A stretch of 64,000 nucleotides of DNA from Octopus vulgaris (taxonomy: Eukaryota), in assembly GCA_951406725.2 (NCBI GenBank), contig OX597816.1:175150001-175214000 (forward strand), written 5' to 3'. The translations under genes and the position numbers were made by a program. The notes below the pieces were generated by a model. It was not told the DNA's origin and searched no databases. It saw only the letters and a program-made list of their open reading frames with translations. Shown in pieces: positions 1 through 13,619 of this stretch. Each line of letters opens with the position of its first letter. The first letter of the stretch is position 1.

Positions 1-230
1 ATTGAATAATGAGACCATATTGTGTCTTTCTCTTCTGTTCAATCTTCGTTCAGCTCCATTTCTTCAATTCACCAATAATATTAAAATTCAATTATCCGCA
101 CCAACGCACGGTTGCAACACCATATGGTTGTACCTCCAACTGTGCTGTCTTCTGCTGTGATTTTTGCTACCAAGGTATCGGTTAAACTTTTGATTAATCT
201 GCTACAAGATTATTCATCTTTCTATTTCAC

Positions 231-259
<29 letters not shown>

Positions 260-265
<6 letters not shown>

Positions 266-720
266 GGGCAACACACACACACATTGCATACATGTGTTTT
301 ATACGCATACATGTTCGTGTGTATGTATGTGTGTATGACTGAAGCCATTCACACATACATACATAACAACTGTCTGTCTGTTTTTGCCTGTCAATCACTC
401 ACTAAAAAGATGAAATTTAAAAAATTTCTCTCTCTCTCTCTCTTTCTCCCTCTCTTTACACCATCGCCAAAAGGGGACTTAACTCATATTTACAAATGAT
501 GGTGTATTTCTCCAATTTGAAAATTGTTAGAAGTTATGGTTCAAAATTATTTTTACCACTATTCGCTGGTGCGTTGGGGAAAATTAATTTGATGAAAATA
601 CAGCTAGGGTCGTGACAAATGTCCTCCTAAAATTTGAGTAACATGCGTGCTAATTTGTGGATGTGCATAGACTACATTCACGTACACACACACACACATC
701 CTGCTTTTTATATATACAGA
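260..720 (-). mobile_element. Non-autonomous Helitron-like element, 5' end
   Basis: Minus-strand 5' TCTGTATATATAAAAAG terminus at 720. Positions 600-710 closely match 38741-38851 of the Helitron-like copy at 37910-38891. Left boundary approximate. Confidence 0.55.
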
Positions 721-1857
721 TATATATATATATCAATTGCTGTTAGGGTCACAGTATTTTGTTTTGCAACCATAGTATACTACCAAGTATATTACAGTTT
801 TATAAGTTAATACTGGTCCTATTTTGTGTTAGCAGTGCATTGTTTTTTTTAAGTATAACTCTACAGATTTTCTATAGTGCAAGTACTGAAATGTAATAAC
901 TTTCAGTGCTGGCTCAAAATTCTATAAAAAATCTGTAGAGATAAACTTAAAATATGTATGTATATATGGAAGTATGGATGGATGCATGCATGTATATAGG
1001 CACAGGTGTAGCAGTATGGAGGGGCAGACACGGCTACTTGGAGGTGCTGGCATGGCTGTTGTGGTAAGACGTTTGCTTTCCAAACACATGGTTCCTGGTT
1101 CACACACACATCTCAAAAATGGGACAGTCACATAGGGCAATTCAGAGCATCCAAACAAATCGCCAATTTCTCTTCAAAAAGTAATGATGATAACATTGCA
1201 GAATCTTGCTTACCCATTTATTTATTAGGGACTTCCTTTCTTCAAATAACTAAAAAAAAAAAGTTAAAAAATATTCAAATCACACATGAATTTTTAATAT
1301 ACATGATCAACAAAATATAATTTATCTAAAGAATACAAAAAACTACAATTCTGTAATTCATAACAAAATACATCAAATGAAAGAAGTAATGTGCCAGTGA
1401 TACAATAAAAGGCATCCAGTTCATGCTGTTAGGAGGTTGATGATAGCAAGGGCTACCAGCTGTAAAAACTATGTAAAAATAAAGAATGAACAGAGCAGAA
1501 GTGGACTTTACAAGTCCTGTACAAACAACCTAAAAAATGCAAACAATGATAATAGAGAAGGAAAAGTATATGTTAAGTTCTAAGAGATATTGCAAGTCAA
1601 TAAAAAAAGCTAGATGAGTTAATAAGATGACAGAATCTTAAACACTGTATTGTATGCTTCACTCATGACTCAGTCTCCTTAGATATGCTGCAGAACACAT
1701 ACCATGCAACAAAGATTGTTTTTAAGCTACAGTTCCAGGGATCATAGACTTATGAGTATAAATGTTCCAGCTAAGACCATTCTACTTTTTAGAGTTTATT
1801 TTAGGATTTATATCATTAACTTTCAGAACATGAGATTAAAATAGAACAAAATTACAG

Positions 1858-2529
1858 ATGTTGTAGTCTCTCAGCAATTCAGGAAGGCCATATCTTTATA
1901 TATAAAAGTGAGGTTGTGTGCTGTCTGTCTCCTACGATTTAGATTCCTAACTACTCCCACATTTTGCGGTGCAGTTTAACCATAGTCGTGATTCATGTTG
2001 TAGTCTCTCAGCAATTCAGGAAGGCCATATCTTTATATATAAAAGTGAGGTTGTGTGCTGTCTGTCTCCTACGATTTAGATTCCTAACTACTCCCACATT
2101 TTGCGGTGCAGTTTAACCATAGTCGTGATTCATGTTGTAGTCTCTCAGCAATTCAGGAAGGCCATATCTTTATATATAAAAGTGAGGTTGTGTGCTGTCT
2201 GTCTCCTACGATTTAGATTCCTAACTACTCCCACATTTTGCGGTGCAGTTTAACCATAGTCGTGATTCATGTTGTAGTCTCTCAGCAATTCAGGAAGGCC
2301 ATATCTTTATATATAAAAGTGAGGTTGTGTGCTGTCTGTCTCCTACAATTTAGATTCCTAACTACTCCCACATTTTGCGGTGCAGTTTAACCATAGTCGT
2401 GATTCATGTTGTAGTCTCTCAGCAATTCAGGAAGGCCATATCTTTATATATAAAAGTGAGGTTGTGTGCTGTCTGTCTCCTACGATTTAGATTCCTAACT
2501 ACTCCCACATTTTGCGGTGCAGTTTAACC
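1858..2529 (+). repeat. Tandem array of about 5 x 137 bp
   Basis: Units start at 1858, 1995, 2132, 2269 and 2406 and are near-identical (one substitution seen in copy 4). Confidence 0.95.
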
Positions 2530-2826
2530 AAAACCGGGTATCTTATAGTCGTGATTCATATCGAGCCCTTCTGGGTATTAGCGCGCATCTACGATGAGTC
2601 TACGATTTAAAAAAAAATTACCATCAATTTTTCACATTTTTTAATGCATTTTTGGCATATATAAGGGAAGGAACTCTCTAAAAATTCATTATTAAATCTC
2701 AGAACGTAAAAAGCTACAGTAACACCCCCCCTTTGTGGTTAGCCATATTGAGATCTTTATATCTCTAAAAATGCTTATATAGTTATTTCCCTTACAAACC
2801 CGAGCAACACCGGGCGATACTGCTAG
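2441..2826 (+). mobile_element. Non-autonomous Helitron
   Basis: A|TCTTTATATATAAAAG 5' end; subterminal hairpin cccgagcaacaccggg followed by CTAG|T at 2823-2827; no TSD. Confidence 0.75.
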
Positions 2827-3360
2827 TTGTAATATAATTTTTTAGTGCTACTTATTCTAGCAATGGCTGTCTGATCAATCAACCACATATAAAATCTCCT
2901 CTAATATTATCTAATTATATATGTCATTATATTACAATATAACTTGGAATTAGAATAATATAACCTCTCCACCTTTCTTTTATGAAAGAAGGTGCATGCA
3001 CAAAATATTTCTTTTTTCCTTTGACTTTAACTGTTTTGCTGAACTACATTTAGTGTGCATAAAGTAAATACAAGAGCTGTTTCAAAGTGTAATATCTTTC
3101 ATGCATTTTAAAGAATATAATAAATCTGCTTGAAGTCACAAAAACCCCTTCTAGTGCTTTAATGGAAATTTAGATGAAAGCTACCAGGTCTGGGAAAACA
3201 ATATGACTTTTATTCACAGGAGTCACAGGAGTCACAGAAAAAATGAGGTGATTCAAGTTGCAACATATCTTCACATTGCTGGGATTTAACTATTTTGAAT
3301 TTGTAAACCCAGATGATAATGACAAAATTACCACCATTTAAATGAAGTTCAGAGAGTACT

Positions 3361-3995
3361 CATTATTAAATCTCAGAGCGAGATGTAAATAGTAACTGCT
3401 CAACAAGGTAAAGTATAAAAGCCATCTCAATATGGCTAACCACAAAGTGGGGGTGTTACTGTAGCTTTTAGCCCCAGGAGATCGACGTTTCCAGCTGGCT
3501 TTAGACACACTTTCTGTGCCCTTCAGGTATTTGCAAAGGGAAGCCATCCCTTCTTCGTAAGCCTTAGTGATACGCACCGGACCGCGGTTTCGAGATTATT
3601 GTCTCTTATCAACGGGCGGTAACCACCAGGTCACGATGAAAGGCAAGGCTTGCTTTGCAAATATACTGAGATTTAATAATGCTTACAGTCAGTTTTTCAA
3701 AATCAGTGGCAGACGTCACTAGAAAAACTCTTATGTATTTGCAAAGCAAGCCTTGCCTTTCATCGTGACCTGGTGGTTACCGCCCGTTGATAAGAGACAA
3801 TAATCTCGAAACCGCGGTCCGGTGATATCACTAAGGCTTACGAAGAAGGGATGGCTTCCCTTTGCAAATACCTGAAGGGCACAGAAAGTGTGTCTAAAGC
3901 CAGCTGGAGACGTCGATCTCCTGGGGCTAAAAGCTACAGTAACACCCCCACTTTGTGGTTAGCCATATTGAGATGGCTTTTATACTTTACGTTCT
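3361..3995. mobile_element. Foldback element with about 255-bp inverted arms
   Basis: Arms 3408-3663 and 3736-3990 are near-perfect reverse complements around a 72-bp spacer. Flanked by the 9-bp direct repeat gagagtact (3352-3360, 3996-4004). Confidence 0.8.
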
Positions 3996-4859
3996 GAGAG
4001 TACTGTTGCCCTAAAAAGAAACATTACATATAGCCACTATCAAGGAGAAATTAGTAGAAATTTCACTTATTTCTGACATTAAGTTGAAAGCTAAATACTA
4101 TGAATTTGGAAATTTACAGGACTGTTTAATCAGAGATAGAATCATATGTGAATACAAAACAAAGATATTTGAGAGCTACTGCTTCAGGACACAAAATTAC
4201 CATTTGAAAACTATTGGTAAAGTATCTGAGTAGCCCATCATTGCTGGGCAATTTTCACAAGAGAATGCCTTTATGTAAATTTTTTTATTCCATGTTAGAC
4301 CATGTCTTTCCCAATGATCAGGACAGATTTGCACAATTTTTCACCAAAAATTCAACTGAGGGCTTTTCCTTTTTAAATTATTTAAATGCTTGTCCAACTG
4401 TCTCACATGACTTTATTCATTAATATTTTTCTACAATTTTTCTGGAACAAATAAATAAATGGATTCAGTGTGAAAAATTACATCACTCTACCAAATTTGA
4501 AAATTTTCACTTGATTTCAAAATTTCAAAACCTGTGATAGCAACAGAAACGGCTCAAAAAAGGTCGATAGACAGACAAGACACAACATGCACACACATAT
4601 ACAAACAAATACCCATGTTATATAGTAGGCATCTATGTGTGTTTCTTTGTGAGGGACAGTAGAAACACTGCATGTGACCAACTGTCGTCAACTTACTAGC
4701 CCCAACTCTCTCCTTAAAGCAACATATTCCTTACACCCACCTTCCCTTCTTTTCCTCAGCATTTTAAAAGTTATTTTTTCAAACAACATAACAAACCAAC
4801 AGAGAAATGAGACAGGCACCATAAAGAACATTTCCCTTCATCAGTTGTCCCGTTAAATC

Positions 4860-5385
4860 TACTCTGCGTTTCTATCTATCTCCCTCCCTTGTTCTTCTTC
4901 CTTTGTTTTTCTCTCCAACCCTTTCCCTATTCCCCTCCACTCCCATTCATTGTTCCCTCTCTCTTTCTTGTTGAGTCTCTTGTTGGTGACACATAACGAA
5001 AGGCGATCTATCTTTCCTTCTTCCACTTCCTTCCTAAAGAGAAGAGGTGCTTTTACCTGTCTCTTCTCAGAGCTCATCGTTCTAATGTTCATAATCTTTA
5101 CATCGTTTTGGCTTAAGAGCCCTCAGCGTTTGTTTCTAGTGTCTTGATTTTGTTACCAATGTCACCCACTGCAAAAAATCCCAAATTTTATTTGCTTTGC
5201 GGGAAGGACTGTTTTAACGAAGTCACATCTTGTCCTTACCTTCGAAATGAGGAGTAGATGAAACAGGCGACAACTGATGAAGGGGAATGTTCTTTATGTT
5301 GCCTGTCTTGTTTCTCTTTTATCGTTGTTCGAAAAAACATTCATTTTCTATGTTTTTGTTTTTATGGTTTTTGTTTCTCATTCCT
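4860..5385 (+). repeat. Unclassified dispersed repeat family; other copies at about 13090-13510 (+), 15320-15920 (-) and 16075-16350 (-)
   Basis: Shared core tttgcgggaaggactgttt...gagtagatgaaacagg...actga(t/a)gaagggg visible in all four copies. Confidence 0.7.
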
Positions 5386-5639
5386 TCCTCTCTCTGTGTC
5401 TGAAATCACTCCACCCTCTTACAATGACCATAATGCTTATACTCACAATGGATGAACTTGCTTCCTCTCTGTCTGAAATCACCCCCACCTACCCCCTTAC
5501 AGTGACCATAATGGTTATACTCACAATGTTGCTAACACCTAATCCTACCTCTTGTAGGAGCTACGATCTTAATCCTAACACACTTGAATGTTTGAGTGAT
5601 GTCAGGACATAAAATCGAACACGACAACCTCCCACTTTT

Positions 5640-8600
5640 CAGGCACAGAATAACATCTCTCTTCTCGAAGCCTCATCCCACATTCCTTTCGCAGTTTTTA
5701 GAGTTGGCACAGTCAGTGTAGGCACACTGACATGTAGGTCTAGTGAGATTGTAGAAATGCTTGAAAGGAGACGTGTCAGTGTATGCTGCATACAAGAGGT
5801 AAGATGGAGAGGAGCTTCAGTTAGGGTCCTCACAGGCAAGGCAGATAGGTACAAAATCTTCAGGCAAGGTAACACAGATGTAGTGGAGGGTGTAGGCATA
5901 CTCCTTGTGGAGAAATGGGTAGATAAAGTCATAGACATTGTTAGGGTATGTGATAGAGTGCTTAAACTTAGTCTAGTCCTGCAGAATAGCACAGCTACAA
6001 TTATCTCTGCCTACGCCCCACAAGTGGGCCTACCAAATGATTGGAAGGACCATTTTTATGATACCCTTCTACAGGCTACCTCAAAGATGAGTGGCAATGA
6101 CCTCATCTTTGCAGCTGGAGATTTTAATGGGCATGTTGAGCGGCAATCTGGTATCTTCATTGGTGTACACGAGGACCATGGTATTAGTTCCTAAAACGAT
6201 GAGGGAACTAGGCTCCTAGAGTTCTGTGATGCATGTAACCTTTTAACCTGCAACACTAACTTCAGGAAACCAGACAGCCACCTGAAAACCTATCAATCAA
6301 GTGACTCTGCTTGCCAGATTGATTTAATCCTCACCATACAGTGGGACGCAGGGTTGCTCTTAAACACTAAGACCCTTTCAGGTGAAAAATGTACCCTTCA
6401 GCATAGGCTAGTCATTAGTGACTTTAGGCTCGAGGCCAGAAGGATACCAAGTAGCAGACCAATCCAATAAAGAAGGATTTGGAAGCTAATGAACCCTTCA
6501 CATGGTCAGAGATTTAGGGACATCTTCATCAAGAAATTTGATGAGAGGGAGGAGGAGCTACAGACATCGGACATAGAAGGTAGCTGGAAATTCCTACTGG
6601 ACAGCTTGCTGAGTGCCATAGACCAAGTCTGCAGATGTTGCAAAGTCCCTTCCAGACCTAGAGTTATGTGGTGGTGGAATAGTATGGTAGACAAAGCCAT
6701 TAGAGCAAAGAAACAGACCTGGAAAGCCTGGAAGGGTGGGGGTAGCAGGGAACTGTATCAGGTAGCCAAAAGGGAGGCTGGGCGGCAAGTATACCATAGT
6801 CATGGGTGAAGCAGAAAAGAAGAAGTTTGCCGATGTCCAGCGACGTGAGGACCAAAGAACTGAGGTATTTCAGATTGCAAGACAGTGTGTGAGAGAAAAT
6901 TGTGATGTCACAGGAGAGAAATGTGTCCACATGGATGATGGTGTACTAGCTGTTAATGATTTGGAAATGAAAGAGGCTTAGAGAAGCCACTATGAAAGAC
7001 TGCTAAATGTGGAGATTGAACGAGAAGAGGAGAGCCTGCCAAATGTTGACCCTGTAGAAGGACCGGCTATCCGTATAGATAGCTCCCTAGTAGTTAAGGC
7101 AATAAAGGGTATGAAGCCAGGCAAAGCCCCCGGCCCATCAGGAATCACTGCTGAGATGCTTTAAACATCTGGTTGTGTGGGCTATGGCCTAGTCACCCGC
7201 ATTGTAAACTAGGTAGTTCATGATGGAGTCATACCCAATGACTGGCGTAGCAGCACCATAGTCAACTGCTACAAGGGTAAAGGTGATGCTCTAGATAGAA
7301 ATAACTACAGGGGTATCAAACTACTGGATCAGGTGATGAAGGTCACGGAGAGGGTGATAGCCCATCTCATCAGGGAGAGAGTCTGCTTAGGTGAGATGCA
7401 GTTCGGTTTTGTGCCGGGTAGAAGCACCACTGATGCCATATTCCTGGTACAGCAACTGCAGGAGAAATACCAAGCCAAAGATAAACCCCTATACTTAACT
7501 TTTGTGGACTTGGAGAAAGCATTTGACAGGGTCCCCTGATCCCTTATCTGGTGAGCGATGTGGAAACTGGGAATTGATGAATGGTTAATAAGGGCTGTAC
7601 AGACCCTATACAGAGAGGCCATTAGTAAGGTTAGGATTGGCAATTAATGAAGAATTCCGGGTAGAAGTAGGGGCCCACCAAGGATCAGCCCTCAGTCCCC
7701 TTTTATTCATCATAGACAAACAAGCAAAAATAAGAAAGGAATTCAAGATGGGTTGCCCTTGGGAACTCCTCTATGCCAATGACCTGGCCCTCATAGCAGA
7801 ATCACTACCAGAACTAGAGAAGAAATTTCGGGTGTGGAAGCAAGGTTTAGAATCAAAAGGCCTTAGAAGACCAAAGTTCTAGTAAGTAGGAAGGCGAACA
7901 CATCACACACCCCATCATGTAGGTGGCCCTGCTCAATGTGTAGAAAAGGTGTAGGTAGAAATTCCATAAGATGTAGCCAGCGTAAGCTATGGAAACATAA
8001 GAAGTGCAGGAACATCAAAGGAAGACTAACCAAGAAGATAGCTTTCGTGTGCAGCAGATGCACAGGGGCTGTAAACACCGCAGATGCTCAGAAAACAGAT
8101 TCTATCACACTCCAGGGAGAGAAACTAGAAGTAGTTGATAGCTTCTGCTACCTAGGTGACCAAGTTAGTAGTGGAGGTGGATGCTCAGTGAGTGTTACCA
8201 CTAGAATAAGAATAGCCTGGGCAAAGTTTAGAAAGCTTCTTCCCCTACTGGCGACAAAGGGTCTCTTGCTCAGAGTGAAAGGTAGATTGTATGATGCATG
8301 TGTGCGAACTGCTGTGCTTCACGGCAGAGAAACATGGGCCGTGACTGCGGAGGACATGCGTAGGCTCAAAAGAAATGAAGCTAGCATGATCTGCTGGATG
8401 TGTAATGTCAGTGTGCACACACGACAGTATAAGCGCCCTGAGAGAAATGTTGGACATAAGAAGCATAGGATGTGGCATGCAAGAGAGATGTTTGCCTTGG
8501 TACTATGGATGGATGAGGAGAGCTGTGTGAAGAAGTGCCACTCCCAAACAGTTGAAGGAATCCGGGGTAGAGGTAGACCCAGGAAGACATGGGATGAGGA

Positions 8601-9163
8601 GGTCAAGCATGACCTTCGAACGTTGGGCTTCACAGAGGCAATGATGAATGACAGAGACTTCTGGAGATATGCTGTGACTGCGAAGACCCAACAAATAAAG
8701 TGAGTTTACGTCTGTATCCTACACCAGTTTCGCATAACCAGCCCGAATCCATTCAAAAGTACCTTTGATTGTAGGGCAACCTGTTGTGCTTGAGGGGACT
8801 TATTGAGTCAAGTACTTTAACATCAAAATGAAAATCAAATGGAAATCGTAGTTGTGATACCTGTGCCGGTGGCATGTAAAAAGCAGCATCCAAACATGGC
8901 AGCACCATCTTGACTGGCTTCCATGCACGTAAAAAGCACCAACTGATTGTCGCTGTTGCCAGCCTCCTCTGGCCCCTGTGCTGGTGGGACATAAAAAGCA
9001 TCCACTACACTCACGGAGTGGTTGGCGTTAGGAAGGGCATCCAGCTGTAGAAACACTGCTAGATCAGACTGTAGCCTGGTGCAGCCTCCTGGCTTCCCAG
9101 ACCCCAGTCAAACCGTCCAACCCATGCTAGAAGGGAAAACGGACGTTAAACGATGATGATGAT
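5640..9163 (+). mobile_element. RTE-clade LINE, near full length but decayed (APE endonuclease + RT + hairpin-array 3' UTR + (GAT)n tail)
   Basis: APE motifs CIQEVRW, SAYAPQ, GDFNGH; RT motifs QFGFVPGRSTTDAI, FVDLEKAFDRV, HQGSALSP, LYANDL; several stops and frameshifts; ends gttaaacgatgatgat. Confidence 0.93.
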
Positions 9164-9438
9164 ATATGTATAATAAAATTCATTGCAGTAATTAGGTAGT
9201 AATTTTTTCCTTTTTAACCTGATTGCATTTCATCTTATTGCTCTACTTTACACACCTCATTACTGATGTTCAACCTTCATTTAAGTCCCATGTCTTGCTA
9301 GCATTTTTCCCACATGCATGCCATAAGTATACTTACGCACATACACTAGAATTTATGCTACAATGATATCAACCAATGTAAAACACTATTTTAAAAATAG
9401 CGTACTCGAAAAGTATATATGTGTGTGTGTGTGTGTAA

Positions 9439-9536
9439 GGCGAAGGTAAAGAATACGTGCATCCGGTGGTTAGGGTGTTTTAGGGTAAGGGTTTTTGTTT
9501 TGCAGAAAACTGGTGTGCGTTTTCTTTACCTCTGCC
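9439..9536. mobile_element. 98-bp MITE-like element with GG-terminal imperfect TIRs and internal TTAGGG
   Basis: Left GGCGAAGGTAAAGAATACG versus right reverse complement GGCAGAGGTAAAGAAAACG; internal ggttagggtgttttagggtaaggg. Confidence 0.55.
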
Positions 9537-9537
9537 C

Positions 9538-10680
<1,143 letters not shown>

Positions 10681-10804
10681 ACATGCATACACACACGCAC
10701 ACGTCATTTAGCAACAGGATATTTTATTCCGAAGAGGTTTAAATGTGTTTTGATTTATGATGAATTATTTTATAGCATTAATTAATTTTTAATAAGTAAT
10801 TATA

Positions 10805-11052
10805 TATTTTTTCTTCTCTTTCGCCTCAACTCTCGTTTCTGCGTGTTTCTGCGGTACACGATCCACCGGGTAGAGGCCCAACATGGCCGTGTGATGATGT
10901 ATTTGGTATTTTCTTTACTGTTTGCCAAACATTTTAGTTTCTAAAAGGTAGCCCAATACAATTTTTAAAAAAATCTGTGGTGTAAATATTTACAGAAAAA
11001 AACAAAGGTTATTCCATCGTCTTCTGCAATGAAACCATTAGCCAGAAAGAGG
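10805..11052 (+). promoter_or_regulatory. Candidate staufen promoter / first non-coding exon
   Basis: Locally CpG-enriched unique sequence, pyrimidine-rich start (ttcttctctttcgcc), YY1-like CAACATGGCCG at 10879-10889, and strong donor GAGG|GTAAGT at 11053. Linkage to staufen is inferred. Confidence 0.5.
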
Positions 11053-11874
11053 GTAAGTCGAATGCTATTACTTAATTTGTTCTGGCATCGAGTGGCGTAG
11101 AAAGACGGCAAAGATCGCCACTAAAAAAAATATTGGCATCATATACTCATCGTTGTATTCTTATGACAAGCTTTTCATGCTAATTTTCTCTTCCATTTTC
11201 TCTCTGAATCATTCGTAATTGTTGGTGACATAATTCTGCAATTTGCTCGATTCTTACTTCGCCACTCTACACCCCCCCCCTCGTTGATTACGAAATTCCA
11301 CATTTTTTCTAAAAATTGTTCTCTGTTACTGATGTTCTTCTTTGGAAATTTATTCTCGTCTGTGCTGTTGCAATTATTACAGTTAATCTTACCCTATTTC
11401 TCTCTCTCTCTCAAGTATTGTGCTGTTATGCTTCTGTGTTACCCATTTTGACAATTATTTTAATGTATGTCCCACAAGAACATTGTGGGACATATCTTTT
11501 GATAACATTAAAATACGGAGAAAATGAAATTCCCTAGTCTCTAGCCAATATCTGTACCCTATCTTTATTGCGTCAACGTTAGGTAAAAGCAATAATAATT
11601 AATTGCGAAGAAAGAAAAGTTGAAATATTGAACGCATAATCTGAATTAGTCCAAGTCAAGAAAATGTTGTGCTTGATAGGCTGACATTAATATGCTTTAT
11701 AAAGGTCGAGTCGTGGAATACACTGAATTCTACTTATAATCGACCGTGTGTGTAGGTGGATTAAATAACTGCCTCACCCCACCCGCCGCCGGCTTTGTTT
11801 CTCCACAGCATTCTTTAATAAGAGAACTTGTTTTACCATTATATATATATATATATATATATATACGTATATAT

Positions 11875-12106
11875 ATTTCTTTACTACCCACAAGGGGCTA
11901 AACACAGGGAGGACAAACAAGGACAGACAAAAGGGATTAAGTCGACTACATCGACCCCAGTGCGTAACTGGTACTTAATTTATCAACCCCGAAAGGATGA
12001 AAGGCAAAGTCGACCTCGGCGGAATTTGAACTCGGAACATAACGACAGACGAAATACGGCTACGAATTTCGTCCGGCGTGCTAACGTTTCTACCAGCTCG
12101 CCGCCT
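11875..12106 (-). mobile_element. tRNA-derived SINE family A; other copies at about 21585-21742 (+), 29771-30002 (-), 40055-40200 (+, partial) and 46099-46328 (+)
   Basis: Head GGCGAGCTGG..AGAAACG with GAGTTCAAATTCC B-box and core gcctttcatcctttcggggtcgataaattaagtaccag. 16-bp TSDs at 29755-29770/30006-30021 and 46057-46072/46329-46344. Confidence 0.88.
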
Positions 12107-12211
12107 TATATACGTATATAATTTGACTTTTAAGTCGCTCCCAGCCCTCTAAAAGATATACATGCACATACGTGCGCGCATATATAATTTTACTAGAAAA
12201 GGAGCGATAGT

Positions 12212-12627
12212 GGATCCTTTAGGTTTGAACGGCAGTTTTTTTTAAAATAATTTCCACCTAACTAAACACTTTTAAACTTTGTATACTGGTAGAATGTGTT
12301 TATAAAACATCTTTTCCTCTTGGCTTTATTGAGAAAATTCTATAGTTTGTAAGATATTTGTTGTTCTTTTTCTTCAATTTCTGCAATTTCAACCAATCAA
12401 TGACGTCTATTGAGGTGAAAACATTATGTGCCGTATGAATATGTCCCTCATTTAAGAAACAGATTGGGTTTATTTACATTTGTGAAGAAAAAAAGATACC
12501 CTTCCCCCACCCCTAACCCTAACCCTAAAACATTGAAATGCAATAGATCGATACTAGGGTCATAATTATGAGTGACAATTTCATATGACACTGCTAGAAA
12601 AAACTGCCGTTCAAACCGAAAAGATCC
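12212..12627. mobile_element. 416-bp MITE with 30-bp TIRs and 8-bp TSD (Merlin-like by GG ends and TSD length)
   Basis: TIR GGATC(C/T)TTT(A/C)GGTTTGAACGGCAGTTTTTT; TSD gcgatagt at 12204-12211 and 12628-12635; internal (CCCTAA)3. Confidence 0.85.
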
Positions 12628-13619
12628 GCGATAGTGACTTCGAAGTTTAGGCTTGCTAATCTTTGCCCGACTTAGGTTAAGTAAGCCGAATCTTCAGTGT
12701 TAATATCACTCCTCTTCTTGTAACAGTATATAATATGTACTCTAATATGTATTGAATAATTCTTCATTTTAATGTTGAATTACTTTTATTATAACTTTTC
12801 ATATAAACAAACATTATTGTTGACGTCATAAGAATTTATAAGCTTCTGAGTAAACGTGGAATAATTCTTTTTTGGAATTGGTTCCCGAAGTACAGATAAG
12901 GGTATAAATAATAGCATGCAAAATATTGGTTTGAAAACCCTTTTTGGATACAGCAAGAGCTATATGTTGTTGACGTCATTGAGAATCTATAAACTTTCAA
13001 GAGAAAGTGCAATAATTCTTGAAGTACAAATATAGCTATAAAATAATAGCATGTGTATATACATACATACATACGTGTGTGTATATATACATATATATAT
13101 GCCCCCTTTGCCCCCCACAGAAATAGCGTTCGTAATACTTTTTTTCGTTCGGCTTAACAGCCCTTCTTGTCTTGTTATTTTCCTTGTCCTGTCTTTTACT
13201 GCTTATATTTTGTACTGTCGTTACTGTCTTGTTTTTGTTACCATTTTTACCCCTCTGCAAAAAGATCTTAAATTTTATTTGATTTGCTTTTCGCAGGAAG
13301 GAAAGTTTCTATTGAAGATACGTCTCGCCTTCACCTTCAAAACGTAGAGTAGATGAAACCATGGCGACTGAAGAAGGGGTTTTTTCCTTGTGTTATTTGT
13401 CCTGTACTCTATATTTTCTTTGTTGTTTAAGAAAAATGTCCAGTTCCTTGGGTTTGTGTCTATGTTTTCGTTTCTCATTGCGTTCGACGTTTTTTTTGGT
13501 GTGCTGTACTCATATATGCGTGTATATATACATGTAGAGGTAGGTACGTACATATATGTATATATATATATGCATATGTTTTATTTATTAATATATATAT
13601 ATCTTTTATATTGGGTTTA

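Noticed and set aside
1858-2529. 137-bp array as CRISPR
   Set aside because: Whole units are identical, with no unique spacers.
5240-5295. GAAAC...CTGATGA in the unclassified repeat family as a hammerhead
   Set aside because: The boxes are in the wrong order with only about 9 nt between them, so stems I and III cannot form.
5385-5640. HDV-like ribozyme in the RTE 5' region
   Set aside because: I saw only a short diverged tandem duplication and could not identify a nested double pseudoknot by eye.
9325-9410. Minus-strand GTAAGT as the first exon of a divergent gene
   Set aside because: The segment is similar to 32495-32580, so it is a dispersed repeat; no minus-strand coding exons were found upstream.
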